From an uncultured Holophagales bacterium (GTDB lineage Bacteria > Acidobacteriota > Thermoanaerobaculia > Multivoradales > UBA5704), in contig CAWJGT010000009.1 in assembly GCA_963842525.1 (NCBI GenBank), positions 1,312,001 through 1,376,000 of the forward strand: 64,000 nt of DNA. Reading direction: 5' to 3'. Position 1 is the first letter of the stretch; each line of letters begins with the position of its first letter. The notes under the pieces were generated by a model. It had not been told where the DNA came from. It worked only from the letters and a program-made list of their open reading frames with translations, and did no database searches. Position numbers and translations under genes: made by a program. This document shows positions 31,563 through 42,162 of the stretch, one piece after another.

Positions 31563-34500
31563 GCGATCCCAAGGGCTCGGGCTGGGTCGGTGACATCCCC
31601 GCCGGCAAGCTGGACCTGCTGATCCGCCGGCTCCAGCAGAAGAAGGCGCCCGAGCGCCGGCCGCGCGTCGTCCCCCGGCCGCGCACCGGCGAGCCGTTCC
31701 CCCTGTCCTTCGGCCAGCAGCAGCTCTGGTTCCTGGAGCAGATGGACCCCGGGACGCCGGTCTTCAATCTGCCCGCGGCGATCCGTTGCGACGGCCGGCT
31801 GTTGACCGACGTCCTGGAGCGCTGTCTCGCCGAGATCGAGCGCCGGCACGAGGTGCTGCGCACCCGCTTCGAGGTTGTGGACGGCCGGCCCGTTCAGCTC
31901 CCGCAGCCGTTCGAGCCTGCGCCGGCCGTTCCTCGTTTGCCGGTCGTCGATCTCGCGGGCCTGCCCGAGGCGTTGCTCGACACGGAGGCCGGCCGGCTGA
32001 CCACGGCCGAGGCCCGCAGGCCCTTCGATTTGGCCGCGGGCCGGCCCATCCGTTCGACCCTGTTGAGGCTCGGCCCCGCACGGCACCTCCTGCTCCTGAC
32101 GCAGCACCATATTGCCTTGGATGTCTGGTCCGTCGGCCTTCTCGTCGACGAGCTGGCAGAGCTCTACCGGGCGTTTGCCGCGGGCCGGCGGTCGCCGCTG
32201 CCGGAGCCGGAGGTGCAATACGCGGATTTCGCGGCCTGGCAGCGCGAGCACCTCCAGGGAGAGGTCCTGGAGAAGCTCCTGGGGTACTGGCGCGAGAGGC
32301 TGGGCGACCGCCCGGCCGGGTTCGAATTGCCGGCCGACCGACCGCGGCCCGCTGTCCAGACCTACCACGGAGCGGCCGAGCGGATCGAACTCCCCCCGGC
32401 CGCCGTGGAGGGGCTGCGCCGGCTCGCCGCGGCGGAGGGAACGAGCCTCTTCGCTGCCGCGCTCGCCGCGTTCAACGCGGTCCTCCACCGCTGGGTCGGG
32501 CAGGACGACGTGATCGTCGGCACCGCGGCGGCGAGCCGTCCCGATGTCGCCGTCGAAACGCTGCTCGGCCTCTTCATCAACACCCTCGTGCTGCGCACCG
32601 ATCTCGGCGGGGATCCGACCTTCCGTGAGCTTCTCGGCCGGACGCGCGAGACCGCCCTCGGGGCTTTCAGCCATGCCGAGCTGCCGTTTCAGCAGCTCGT
32701 CGAGGTCCTGCAGCCGGAGCGCGACCTGTCACGCGGCCCGCTCTTCCAGATCTTCTTCTCGCTCCAGAACGTCGGCCTGCCCACCCTGGAGCTGCCGGAC
32801 CTGACGATGCACCCGGCCGAGTCCTCCTCGGGGGCCTCCCAGTTCGACCTCGCGGTCTATCTCACCGAGTCACCGGCGGGGGTCGACGGCTGGATGGAGT
32901 ACAACCCCGACCTCTACGACGCGGAGACGATCCGCCGCCTGGCTCGCCATTTCGCGACGCTCGCCGAGGGAGCTGCCGAGCACACTGACCGGCGCCTCTC
33001 GGATCTCCCTCTGTTGAGTCAGGACGAAGAGGACCGGCTGCTCCGGGAGTGGAGCCATGCCCGGCCCGGCGAGGTGCTCTCCGCGCCGGCCTGCCTGCAC
33101 GAGCTGTTCGCGCGGCAGGTCGAGGAAAGAGGTGGAGAGATCGCGGCAGTTCATCGTGACCAAAGCTGGACCTATCGCGAGTTGGACGCCCAAGCCGGGG
33201 AGGTGGCCCGCCGTCTGCGCGCGCTGGGGGTGGGCCCAGGGGATCGGGTGGGCCTCTGCGCGGAGCGCTCGCTGTCTCTGCTCGCCGGACTGCTGGGCAT
33301 CCTGAAAACCGGGGCCGCCTACGTGCCGCTCGATCCGGGAGCGCCAGCCGCCCGGTTGGAGTGGATGTTGGGCGATGCTGCAGCCTCCGCCGTAGTGATC
33401 CAGGGAGGCCGGGCAGCGCGGTTGATGGCGGGCCGAGAACGAGTCATCGATCTGTCTGTCTTTCCCCCCTCTCCCGGTCGGTGGGGGGGCGATGGGAGGG
33501 GGGCCGGGGGTGAGGGGTCCCCCGCCTACGTCATCTACACCTCCGGCTCCACAGGCACCCCCAAAGGCGTAGTGGTCAGCCACGCCAACGTGGCCGGCTT
33601 CTTCGCCGCCCTGGACGAAGTTCTGCCCAGCCGCGAGCCGGGGGTCTGGCTGGCGGTGACCAGCGTCTCGTTCGACATCTCGGTCCTGGAGCTGCTGTGG
33701 ACCCTGACCCGCGGCTGGCGGGTGGTCATCCAGGACGAGATGGGCGCCGGCCTGGTGCGCGCCCAGCGGACGCCCCGCCGGCCGATCGATTTCAGCCTGT
33801 TCTATTTCGCCGATGCGGGAGGAGACCCGCGGGACAAGTACCGCCTGCTGCTCGAAGGCGCCCGCTTTGCGGACGAGCGCGGCTTCCAGGCGGTCTGGAC
33901 CCCCGAGCGGCACTTCCACGCCTTCGGCGGGCTCTATCCCAATCCCTCGGTCACCGGCGCCGCCGTGGCCGCGGTCACCCGCCGGGTGCAGATCCGGGCG
34001 GGGAGCGTCGTCCTGCCTCTCCACGACCCCCTGCGGGTGGCCGAGGAGTGGTCGGTCGTGGACAACCTGTCCGGCGGCCGGGTCGGTGTCTCGTTCGCCT
34101 CAGGCTGGCACGCCGACGACTTCGTCTTCGCGCCGGACCGCTACGCCGCCCGCAAGGAGGTCATGCTGCGCGAGATCGAGACCGTGCGCGCCCTCTGGCG
34201 TGGCGAGCCGGTCCGCCGCACCGGCGGCAGCGGCCGGGAGGTCGAGGTGAGCGTCCTGCCGCGGCCCCTCCAGCCCGAGCTGCCGATCTGGCTCACCGCC
34301 GCGGGCAATCCCGAGACCTTCCGCCTGGCCGGCGAAATTGGCGCCAGCGTCCTCACGCATCTGCTCGGCCAGACACTCGACGAGGTGGGGGAGAGGATCG
34401 CGGTCTATCGCGAGGCATGGCGTCGGGCCGGGCATCCTGGTGAAGGCGCCGTCACCCTGATGCTCCACACCTACGTCGGAGGCGATGACGCAGCCGTCCG

Positions 34501-37144
34501 GGAGATCGTCCGCGGTCCCTTCACCGAGTATCTGCGCAGCTCCTTCGGCCTCGTCGAGAACCTGACGCGCAGCGTCGGCCTGGGCGATCCACGCGAGCTG
34601 TCCGACGAGGATCGCGAGGCGCTCCTCGTCCATGCCTTCGACCGCTACTTCGAGACCAGCGGCCTCTTCGGCGGGCCCGAGACCTGTCTGCGGACCATCG
34701 ACCGTCTGCGGGAGATCGGGGTCGACGAGGTCGGCTGCCTGATCGACTTCGGGATCGATTTCGACACCACGATGGAGGGGCTGCGCCGGCTGGCGGAGCT
34801 GAGGGAGCAACTCGCCGCGGAGGTCCCTCACCCCCCTGGCCCCCCTCTCCCATCCGCACTCCCAATCCGCCGGGAGAGGGGGGAAGGGACACCGATCGAT
34901 GAGGAAAGAGGCCTCGGAACCTCGCTGCTCCCCTCTCCCGGGGGCCGGGGAGTGCGGATGGGAGAGGGGCCGGGGGTGAGGGGCCTTCGCGGCGGCGAAG
35001 AGTCCTCAGACGACCTCGACCTCTTCTCGCTCTCCGCCCAGATCGCCCGCCAGGGCGCCACCCACCTCCAGTGCACCCCCTCCCTGGCCGGCGCGCTCGC
35101 CGCCGATCCCGACACGCTCGCCGCCCTGGCGCCGCTCCGCACCCTCCTCCTCGGAGGCGAGGCCCTGCCGGCGCCCCTCGCCCGGACCCTGCGCGCCACC
35201 CTTGGCGGCGAGATCCGCAACATGTACGGCCCGACCGAAACCACGATCTGGTCGCTGAGCCATCCGGTGGAGGAAGCCGGAGACCGGGTGCCGATCGGCC
35301 GGCCGCTCGCGAACAACACCGTCTATCTGCTCGACCAGCACCTGCGTCCGGTCCCGCCCGGCATGCCCGGGGAGATCTTCCTCGGCGGCGACGGCGTGAC
35401 CTCCGGCTACTGGCGACGGCCGGACCTGACCGCCGAGCGCTTCGTGCCCGACCCTTTCACGGATCGGCCCGGCTCCCGGCTCTATCGAACGGGCGACCTC
35501 GGGCGGTTCCGGCCCGACGGCGCCGTCGAGTTCCTCGGCCGGATCGACCAGCAGGTCAAGGTCCGCGGGCACCGCATCGAGCTGGGAGAGATCGAGGCGG
35601 CGCTCCTCGCGCATCCCGGGGTCCGGGAGGCCGCCGTGGTGGCGCGGGAGCATGCGCCGGGCGACCTCCGGCTTGCCGCCTACGTGGTGCCCGCGGCCGG
35701 CCGCGCCGCGGAGCCGCTGCAACCCCGGAGCGACGTGCAGCAGGACCGGCCGCACTTCCTGATGCCCAACGGCATGCCCATGGCCTACGTCACCGAGTTC
35801 CAGATGCGAGGAGGCTACCAGGAGATCTTCGCGGACGAGATCTACCTGCGGCACGGCATCGAGCTGCCGGACGAAGCCACAGTCTTCGACGTGGGTGCCA
35901 ACATCGGCCTCTTCACCCTCTTCGTCCACCAGCGCGTGCGGCACCCGCGGGTCTTCGCCTTCGAGCCGTTCCCACCCACCTTCGAGGCTCTTCGCGACAA
36001 CGTAGAGCTCTACGGCCTCGACGTCCGCCTCTTCCACCGCGGCGTGGCCGACCGGCCGGGGCAGACGGAATTCACCTTCTACCCGAACGCGCCCGGCCTC
36101 TCCGGCCGCTTCGCTGGAACCCCGGAAGACCTGGCGGAAAACCGCGCCCTCGTCCTCGACTGGCTGGAGAAGAGCGGCGCCGGGGCCGACCTCCCGGCGG
36201 AGCAGATCGAGGAGGTCCTGCGGGACTACCTGCGGACGGAGACCTTCCCCGTCGAGCTGGTCGCGCTCTCGGATGTGATCCGCGAGCACGGGGTCGAGCA
36301 CATCGACCTCCTCAAGGTGGACGCCGAGAAGAGCGAGGTCGAGATCCTCCGCGGCCTGCTCCCGGAGGACTGGCGGAAGATCGACCAGGTGGTCCTGGAG
36401 GTCCACAGCGACGAGCTGCTGGACAAGGTTTCCCGAATCCTGAAGAGCCACGGGTTCGAGCTGGCGGTCGACGACTTCGCCGTTGCCGAGGAGCGGGACG
36501 ACCGGCAGGCGGTGCGCGTGACCATGGTCTACGCGATCTCCGCCGCGAAACGCGCGCAGAGAGCCGGAGCCGTAGTGCCCGGTCCGGTCTCGGCGAACGA
36601 GCTGCGGCGCTGGCTCGGCGAGCGCCTGCCCGAGCCCATGATCCCCCCCTGCTTCGTCTTTCTCGAGTGCCTGCCGCGCACCCCCGGCGGCAAGATCGAC
36701 CGCCGTTCTCTCCCCGCGCCAGTTGCCGAAGCGCGGCCGGAAGCCGCCTATGTGGCGCCGCGCACTCCGACCGAGGAGGCGATCGCAGCCGTCTGGCGCG
36801 AGATCCTGGGCCGCGAGCGGGTCGGTATCCATGACAACTTCTTCGAAGCCGGCGGCAGCTCCCTCCTGCTGGTCCAGGTCCACGCCCGCCTCAAGCGGGC
36901 GCTCGGCCGCGAGATCACCATGGTGCAGCTCTTCCGCCATCCCTCGGTCCAGGCCCTCGCGCGTTTCCTGGACGAAGGGCCGCGGGAGACGCTCGCGCTC
37001 GCCGGAGCCGAAGAGCGGGTCTCGCGCGCCCGCGCCGCCCAGCCGGGAGGCGCCCTCGACCGCCAGCGGCAGTTCCTCGAAGAGCGGAGAAAGCGCCGCG
37101 ATATTCGCGGTACTGGCGATCCTGGCCGCCGGAGCCCGTCATGA
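31559..37144 (+). CDS. NRPS C-A(Gly)-PCP with embedded luciferase-like monooxygenase (MupA/MtaG-type) and FkbM methyltransferase
   Basis: C HHIALD. A FDISVLEL / LQCTPS / LGGE / NMYGPTETTIWS (DILQLGMIWK-like, Gly). LLM FSLFYF, WTPERHFHAFGGLYPNP at about 33780-34815. MT VFDVGANIG, DLLKVDAE at about 35750-36540. PCP GGSSL. Confidence 0.93.
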   Translation: MSDPKGSGWVGDIPAGKLDLLIRRLQQKKAPERRPRVVPRPRTGEPFPLSFGQQQLWFLEQMDPGTPVFNLPAAIRCDGRLLTDVLERCLAEIERRHEVLRTRFEVVDGRPVQLPQPFEPAPAVPRLPVVDLAGLPEALLDTEAGRLTTAEARRPFDLAAGRPIRSTLLRLGPARHLLLLTQHHIALDVWSVGLLVDELAELYRAFAAGRRSPLPEPEVQYADFAAWQREHLQGEVLEKLLGYWRERLGDRPAGFELPADRPRPAVQTYHGAAERIELPPAAVEGLRRLAAAEGTSLFAAALAAFNAVLHRWVGQDDVIVGTAAASRPDVAVETLLGLFINTLVLRTDLGGDPTFRELLGRTRETALGAFSHAELPFQQLVEVLQPERDLSRGPLFQIFFSLQNVGLPTLELPDLTMHPAESSSGASQFDLAVYLTESPAGVDGWMEYNPDLYDAETIRRLARHFATLAEGAAEHTDRRLSDLPLLSQDEEDRLLREWSHARPGEVLSAPACLHELFARQVEERGGEIAAVHRDQSWTYRELDAQAGEVARRLRALGVGPGDRVGLCAERSLSLLAGLLGILKTGAAYVPLDPGAPAARLEWMLGDAAASAVVIQGGRAARLMAGRERVIDLSVFPPSPGRWGGDGRGAGGEGSPAYVIYTSGSTGTPKGVVVSHANVAGFFAALDEVLPSREPGVWLAVTSVSFDISVLELLWTLTRGWRVVIQDEMGAGLVRAQRTPRRPIDFSLFYFADAGGDPRDKYRLLLEGARFADERGFQAVWTPERHFHAFGGLYPNPSVTGAAVAAVTRRVQIRAGSVVLPLHDPLRVAEEWSVVDNLSGGRVGVSFASGWHADDFVFAPDRYAARKEVMLREIETVRALWRGEPVRRTGGSGREVEVSVLPRPLQPELPIWLTAAGNPETFRLAGEIGASVLTHLLGQTLDEVGERIAVYREAWRRAGHPGEGAVTLMLHTYVGGDDAAVREIVRGPFTEYLRSSFGLVENLTRSVGLGDPRELSDEDREALLVHAFDRYFETSGLFGGPETCLRTIDRLREIGVDEVGCLIDFGIDFDTTMEGLRRLAELREQLAAEVPHPPGPPLPSALPIRRERGEGTPIDEERGLGTSLLPSPGGRGVRMGEGPGVRGLRGGEESSDDLDLFSLSAQIARQGATHLQCTPSLAGALAADPDTLAALAPLRTLLLGGEALPAPLARTLRATLGGEIRNMYGPTETTIWSLSHPVEEAGDRVPIGRPLANNTVYLLDQHLRPVPPGMPGEIFLGGDGVTSGYWRRPDLTAERFVPDPFTDRPGSRLYRTGDLGRFRPDGAVEFLGRIDQQVKVRGHRIELGEIEAALLAHPGVREAAVVAREHAPGDLRLAAYVVPAAGRAAEPLQPRSDVQQDRPHFLMPNGMPMAYVTEFQMRGGYQEIFADEIYLRHGIELPDEATVFDVGANIGLFTLFVHQRVRHPRVFAFEPFPPTFEALRDNVELYGLDVRLFHRGVADRPGQTEFTFYPNAPGLSGRFAGTPEDLAENRALVLDWLEKSGAGADLPAEQIEEVLRDYLRTETFPVELVALSDVIREHGVEHIDLLKVDAEKSEVEILRGLLPEDWRKIDQVVLEVHSDELLDKVSRILKSHGFELAVDDFAVAEERDDRQAVRVTMVYAISAAKRAQRAGAVVPGPVSANELRRWLGERLPEPMIPPCFVFLECLPRTPGGKIDRRSLPAPVAEARPEAAYVAPRTPTEEAIAAVWREILGRERVGIHDNFFEAGGSSLLLVQVHARLKRALGREITMVQLFRHPSVQALARFLDEGPRETLALAGAEERVSRARAAQPGGALDRQRQFLEERRKRRDIRGTGDPGRRSPS
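33462..33517. repeat. CCCCTCTCCC-family element (half), in frame before A3
   Basis: TTCCCCCCTCTCCCGGTCGGTGGGGGGGCGATGGGAGGGGGGCCGGGGGTGAGGGG precedes PAYVIYTSGSTG. Confidence 0.85.
34825..34982. repeat. CCCCTCTCCC-family element (full inverted pair), in frame at the LLM/A-domain junction
   Basis: CCCTCACCCCCCTGGCCCCCCTCTCCCATCCGCACTCCC ... GGGAGTGCGGATGGGAGAGGGGCCGGGGGTGAGGG. Confidence 0.9.
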
Positions 37145-38055
37145 CCGAGCCCGCCCGCCGCCACACTCTGCCCAACGGTCTCGAGGTCGCCTACCAGTCC
37201 AAGGCCGAGCTGCTGCAGTTCTACGAGGACATCTTCGAGAAGCAGGTCTACACCCGCGGCGGGATCACCCTGCGCGACGGCGACACGGTCTTCGACGTCG
37301 GCGCGAACATCGGCCTCTTTTCAGTCTTCGTGGCCGAGCGCTGGCCAGGCGCGCGCATCTGGGCCTTCGAGCCGGCGCCGCCCCTCTTCGAGATCCTGCG
37401 CGCCAACACGGCCCGCTATGGCGACCGGGTACGGCTCCTCAACTGCGGCCTGTCGAACCAATCGGGCGAGGCCCGGCTCACCTTCTATCCCCACACGTCC
37501 GGCATGTCCTCCTTCTACCCCGATGGGCAGCAGGAGGCCGCGGCCCTGCGCACCCTGATCCGCAACGAGGCGCAAGGCCGGAAAGAAGTGGAGGAGCTGC
37601 GCGCCTGGGAGGACGAGCTGATCGAGCAGCGCCTCCGGAGCGAGACGTTGACCTGTTCCCTGCGAACCCTCGCCGAGGTCGTCCGCGAGGAGGGAGTGAC
37701 CCGGATCGACCTCCTCAAGGTCGACGTCGAGAAGAGCGAGATGGACGTCCTCGAAGGCATGGATGCCGAGGCCTGGAGCAAGGTCGAGCAGGCCGTCGTC
37801 GAGGTCCACGACCTGGGCAGCCGACTCCTCGACATCCAGCGCCGTTTCCGCGATCTCGGCTTCGCGGTGACCCTGGAGCAGGACGACCTCTACCACGGCT
37901 CGGACCGCTACAACCTCTACGCGCTGCGCGAGCACCTCCGCAGCTCCGACCTCCACCACCTCCGCCGTCCCGACCGCGCCGCCACCCTAGGCCGCATCGA
38001 AGACCGCGCGAAGAAGCTCCGGGACGCCATGCACAAAGGGCCGCGCAAGATCTGA
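37141..38055 (+). CDS. Stand-alone FkbM-family SAM methyltransferase
   Basis: VFDVGANIGLF, AFEP, IDLLKVDVEKSE, VVEVHD. ATGA-coupled to the NRPS and paralogous to its embedded MT. Confidence 0.9.
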   Translation: MTEPARRHTLPNGLEVAYQSKAELLQFYEDIFEKQVYTRGGITLRDGDTVFDVGANIGLFSVFVAERWPGARIWAFEPAPPLFEILRANTARYGDRVRLLNCGLSNQSGEARLTFYPHTSGMSSFYPDGQQEAAALRTLIRNEAQGRKEVEELRAWEDELIEQRLRSETLTCSLRTLAEVVREEGVTRIDLLKVDVEKSEMDVLEGMDAEAWSKVEQAVVEVHDLGSRLLDIQRRFRDLGFAVTLEQDDLYHGSDRYNLYALREHLRSSDLHHLRRPDRAATLGRIEDRAKKLRDAMHKGPRKI

Positions 38056-38072
38056 GTCGTCAACAGCGAGGC

Positions 38073-39698
38073 TTACAGCGGCCCGCCGCCTGAGCGTTCC
38101 CGCCTCCCCTGGAAGGCGTGGAGGTCCACACGTTCGAAGGTATTGACGTCGCCTCCGGCGGGCACATGGATCTTCCACTCGCGGGTCGCCTGCTGCCGAA
38201 TGTAGGCGCCCACCTGATAGGACCACGAGGCCGTGTAGGGAGCGTCTGCCCAGCCCCAGGGCGAGCCGTCCGGGGCCGGCCCGAGCACGGTGGGACGCTG
38301 GCCCGCAGGCGGGAGGTCGAAGGCGCCCACGATCCAGACGCGATGGCCCGACCGCAGGGTCCGGCGGACGGCGCGCAGCACATCCCTGATCGGCTCCTGC
38401 GCCGTCATCCGCGCCTTGAACAGGTCATAGCGGTGCATCCTGTGGTCTGCCAGCCGCGGGACCGTCGTCTAGCGCGCTTCTCCCTGGTAGTAGCGGTGGA
38501 AGCTGATGCCATAGAACCAGGGATTGACCAGGATGAGGTCCCGTGGCCCGGCGTGCCCGGCAAGGTGCTGCGCGATGCGATCGACGTTGGTCATCCGCAG
38601 GCTCGCTTCCCGGTATGCGGCCGGCAGCAGGAGGGCGGTGAAGACCCCGGCCGCTGCCAGGCGCACGAATTGGAGCGCGGGGAGACGCACGGGGCTCGCG
38701 AGCAGCCCATCCAGGGCGCTTGCCATGAGAGCCATCAGGGGGAGGCAGTACCAGATCCGTGGCTGGTAGCCCAGCACCACGAAAAGGGCGTACTGGGCGC
38801 CGAAGGCCGCGGGGATCGCCAGAAGCCGGAAGAGCCGCGCATCGGCCGCCGCCGGGTCCGGATCGGTCTTGCGGACCAGAGCCCAGAGCGCTGCGGCGAA
38901 GGCGACCACGAGGAGGGCGATCCAGGCCCGGTAGACGGGGATGCGGACATGGGTGAAAGCGCCGGCGATCGCCAGCAGGATCCTCTGGGCGCCGAGGTCC
39001 TCGACGAGCAGGATGTCCCACTGCCGGGCGGCGGCGAGCGGCCGGACATAGGGAAGCAGAGAGAGGGCCGCCAGGAGACCCACGCCCAGGGCAGCCACGG
39101 CCACCCGCCAGCGCCGGCGGACGACACCCACGATGGCGGCGGCCACGCCCATCCCGAGGAGCAGCGCCGCGTTGTGCAGCAGGCAGTGGACGCTCAGCAC
39201 GGCCATCAGGGCCGCGGCGGCAATGGCTCGCCCGTCCGGCCGTGCGACGAGCCGCGCGAAGGCCCAGAAGGTGAGCAGGATCAGCGCCGTCCCCATCCCG
39301 TAGCCACGGACCGAGTCGCCATAGACCAGGAACCAGGGGTGGAATGCCAGCACGGCCACGGAGACCAGAGGCACGGTCCCGGCGGCGCGGGCATTGAGCC
39401 ACAGCACGCCCAGGATGGCGAGCCCGACGATCAGGCCGAAGAGGCGAAAGGAGAGGTCGGAGCCTCCGAAAGCCGCTGACCAGGAGCGGAGGGTCAGCGG
39501 GAACAGCATGGGAAAGGCTTCGTGGGGGAACCGCTGGAAGACCTCACCCAGGGTCGGGAGGCTCGCGAGCTGCACGGCGCCCGCCTCGTCCCGCCACAAA
39601 CCGCCGGCGTTCTGCGTCCGCACGACATGGAGCGCCACCGCCAAGAGGCTCAGGAGGACGGCGGCGGCAGTCTCGAACCGTTTCAGCATCTCCGCCAA
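38073..39698 (-). pseudogene. Multi-TM GT-C/ArnT-like membrane protein with an in-frame TAG at 38469-38471
   Basis: LWRDEA motif, many hydrophobic helices, VRGYG. ORFs 38469..39698 and 38073..38438 share a frame and read YYQGEAR*TTVPRLADHRMHRYDL. Confidence 0.65.
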
Positions 39699-39767
39699 CT
39701 CACACGGCGGCGCATGCTAGCACGGCGTAGCGGTGGCCCCGGCGCTGCCCGGGGCCGCCTCTTCCGC

Positions 39768-40466
39768 CTACTTGAAGGAGATCAGGACGCGGCGCGCGCC
39801 GCAGCCGGTGCGGTGGGTACCGCCGATGACGCGGTTGAGGCCGAGAAAGATGGCCCGCTTGTCCGCCGCCGGCACCGTGGGATCGGTATCGGGAATGGCG
39901 AAGAGGTTCTTGCTGGCCGGCGCCTGCGCGCGGGCGAACGGCTGCCCCCAGCTCACGTACTGGTTCTTGACGACGAACTTGAGGGAGCCGTCGGTCAAGG
40001 AGACGTGCTGGAAGAAGCTCGGGTTGTCGGGAGCGGCCCCGCCGTTGGTCAGTGCGAGATCCTCGTTGAGGACCCACAGCTCAGCGTCGTTCGTCGTGGA
40101 CCCGGAGTCCCCCGCGTGGCCGTCATTGGTCGGCGAGTCGCCAAGGTTCACCGACCACGCCGAAGGCAGGCCCTCATACTCGACGACGACGTTGGCCTGG
40201 GTGCAGTTCGCGGGGATGACGATCCTGAGGGCTGCCATCTTCCAGCCGGCCGCGGCAGGGCAGGATGCGGTCACCGGAACCGGGCTGAGAGTTCCACCTG
40301 GCGTGAAGCCGACGGAGCCGGCCGGGAGGGGGGCGACGGTGTAGCCGACCCCTGTCTTGAGGTCCAGACCGACCAATCCTGTCGGGCATTGCGCCTGCAC
40401 GGCAGCCGGGGCCGCTGCCAGAACGAGACCGCAGAGAACGAAGTGGATCATGGATTTGCGGAGCAT
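39768..40466 (-). CDS. Secreted hypothetical protein (beta-rich, Cys-containing)
   Basis: RBS AAGGAAG, signal peptide MLRKSMIHFVLCGLVLAAAPAAVQA. Mature region contains WSVNLGDSPTNDGHAGD. Confidence 0.75.
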   Translation of the reverse strand: MLRKSMIHFVLCGLVLAAAPAAVQAQCPTGLVGLDLKTGVGYTVAPLPAGSVGFTPGGTLSPVPVTASCPAAAGWKMAALRIVIPANCTQANVVVEYEGLPSAWSVNLGDSPTNDGHAGDSGSTTNDAELWVLNEDLALTNGGAAPDNPSFFQHVSLTDGSLKFVVKNQYVSWGQPFARAQAPASKNLFAIPDTDPTVPAADKRAIFLGLNRVIGGTHRTGCGARRVLISFK

Positions 40467-40518
40467 GGTGTTTCTTCCTTTCGTTGGGTTGATGGCTCGT
40501 GGCCGGCAACCCCTCATC

Positions 40519-40533
40519 GCAACGGCCGTGCCG
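40519..40533 (-). promoter_or_regulatory. Sigma-54 (-24/-12) promoter of the secreted-protein gene
   Basis: The minus strand reads CGGCACGGCCGTTGC (GG-N10-GC), about 50 nt before ATG 40466 and divergent from a sigma-54 activator gene. Confidence 0.75.
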
Positions 40534-40647
40534 TGCCCGTCACGATCCGCTAAACCCATTCAGATCAATGCCTTGTCTTCTCCTTTCGGCAGCCGCGGAG
40601 GCCGTTTTCAGGGGCGGCTTCGCCGCGGTTTTGGTAAAGTCACCCCG

Positions 40648-42136
<1,489 letters not shown>

Positions 42137-42162
<26 letters not shown>

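Noticed and set aside
38469-38471. Pyrrolysine or amber recoding
   Set aside because: No pyl genes are visible, TAG is used as a normal stop elsewhere (e.g. 1412-1414, 14980-14982), and the protein class is not a known Pyl user.
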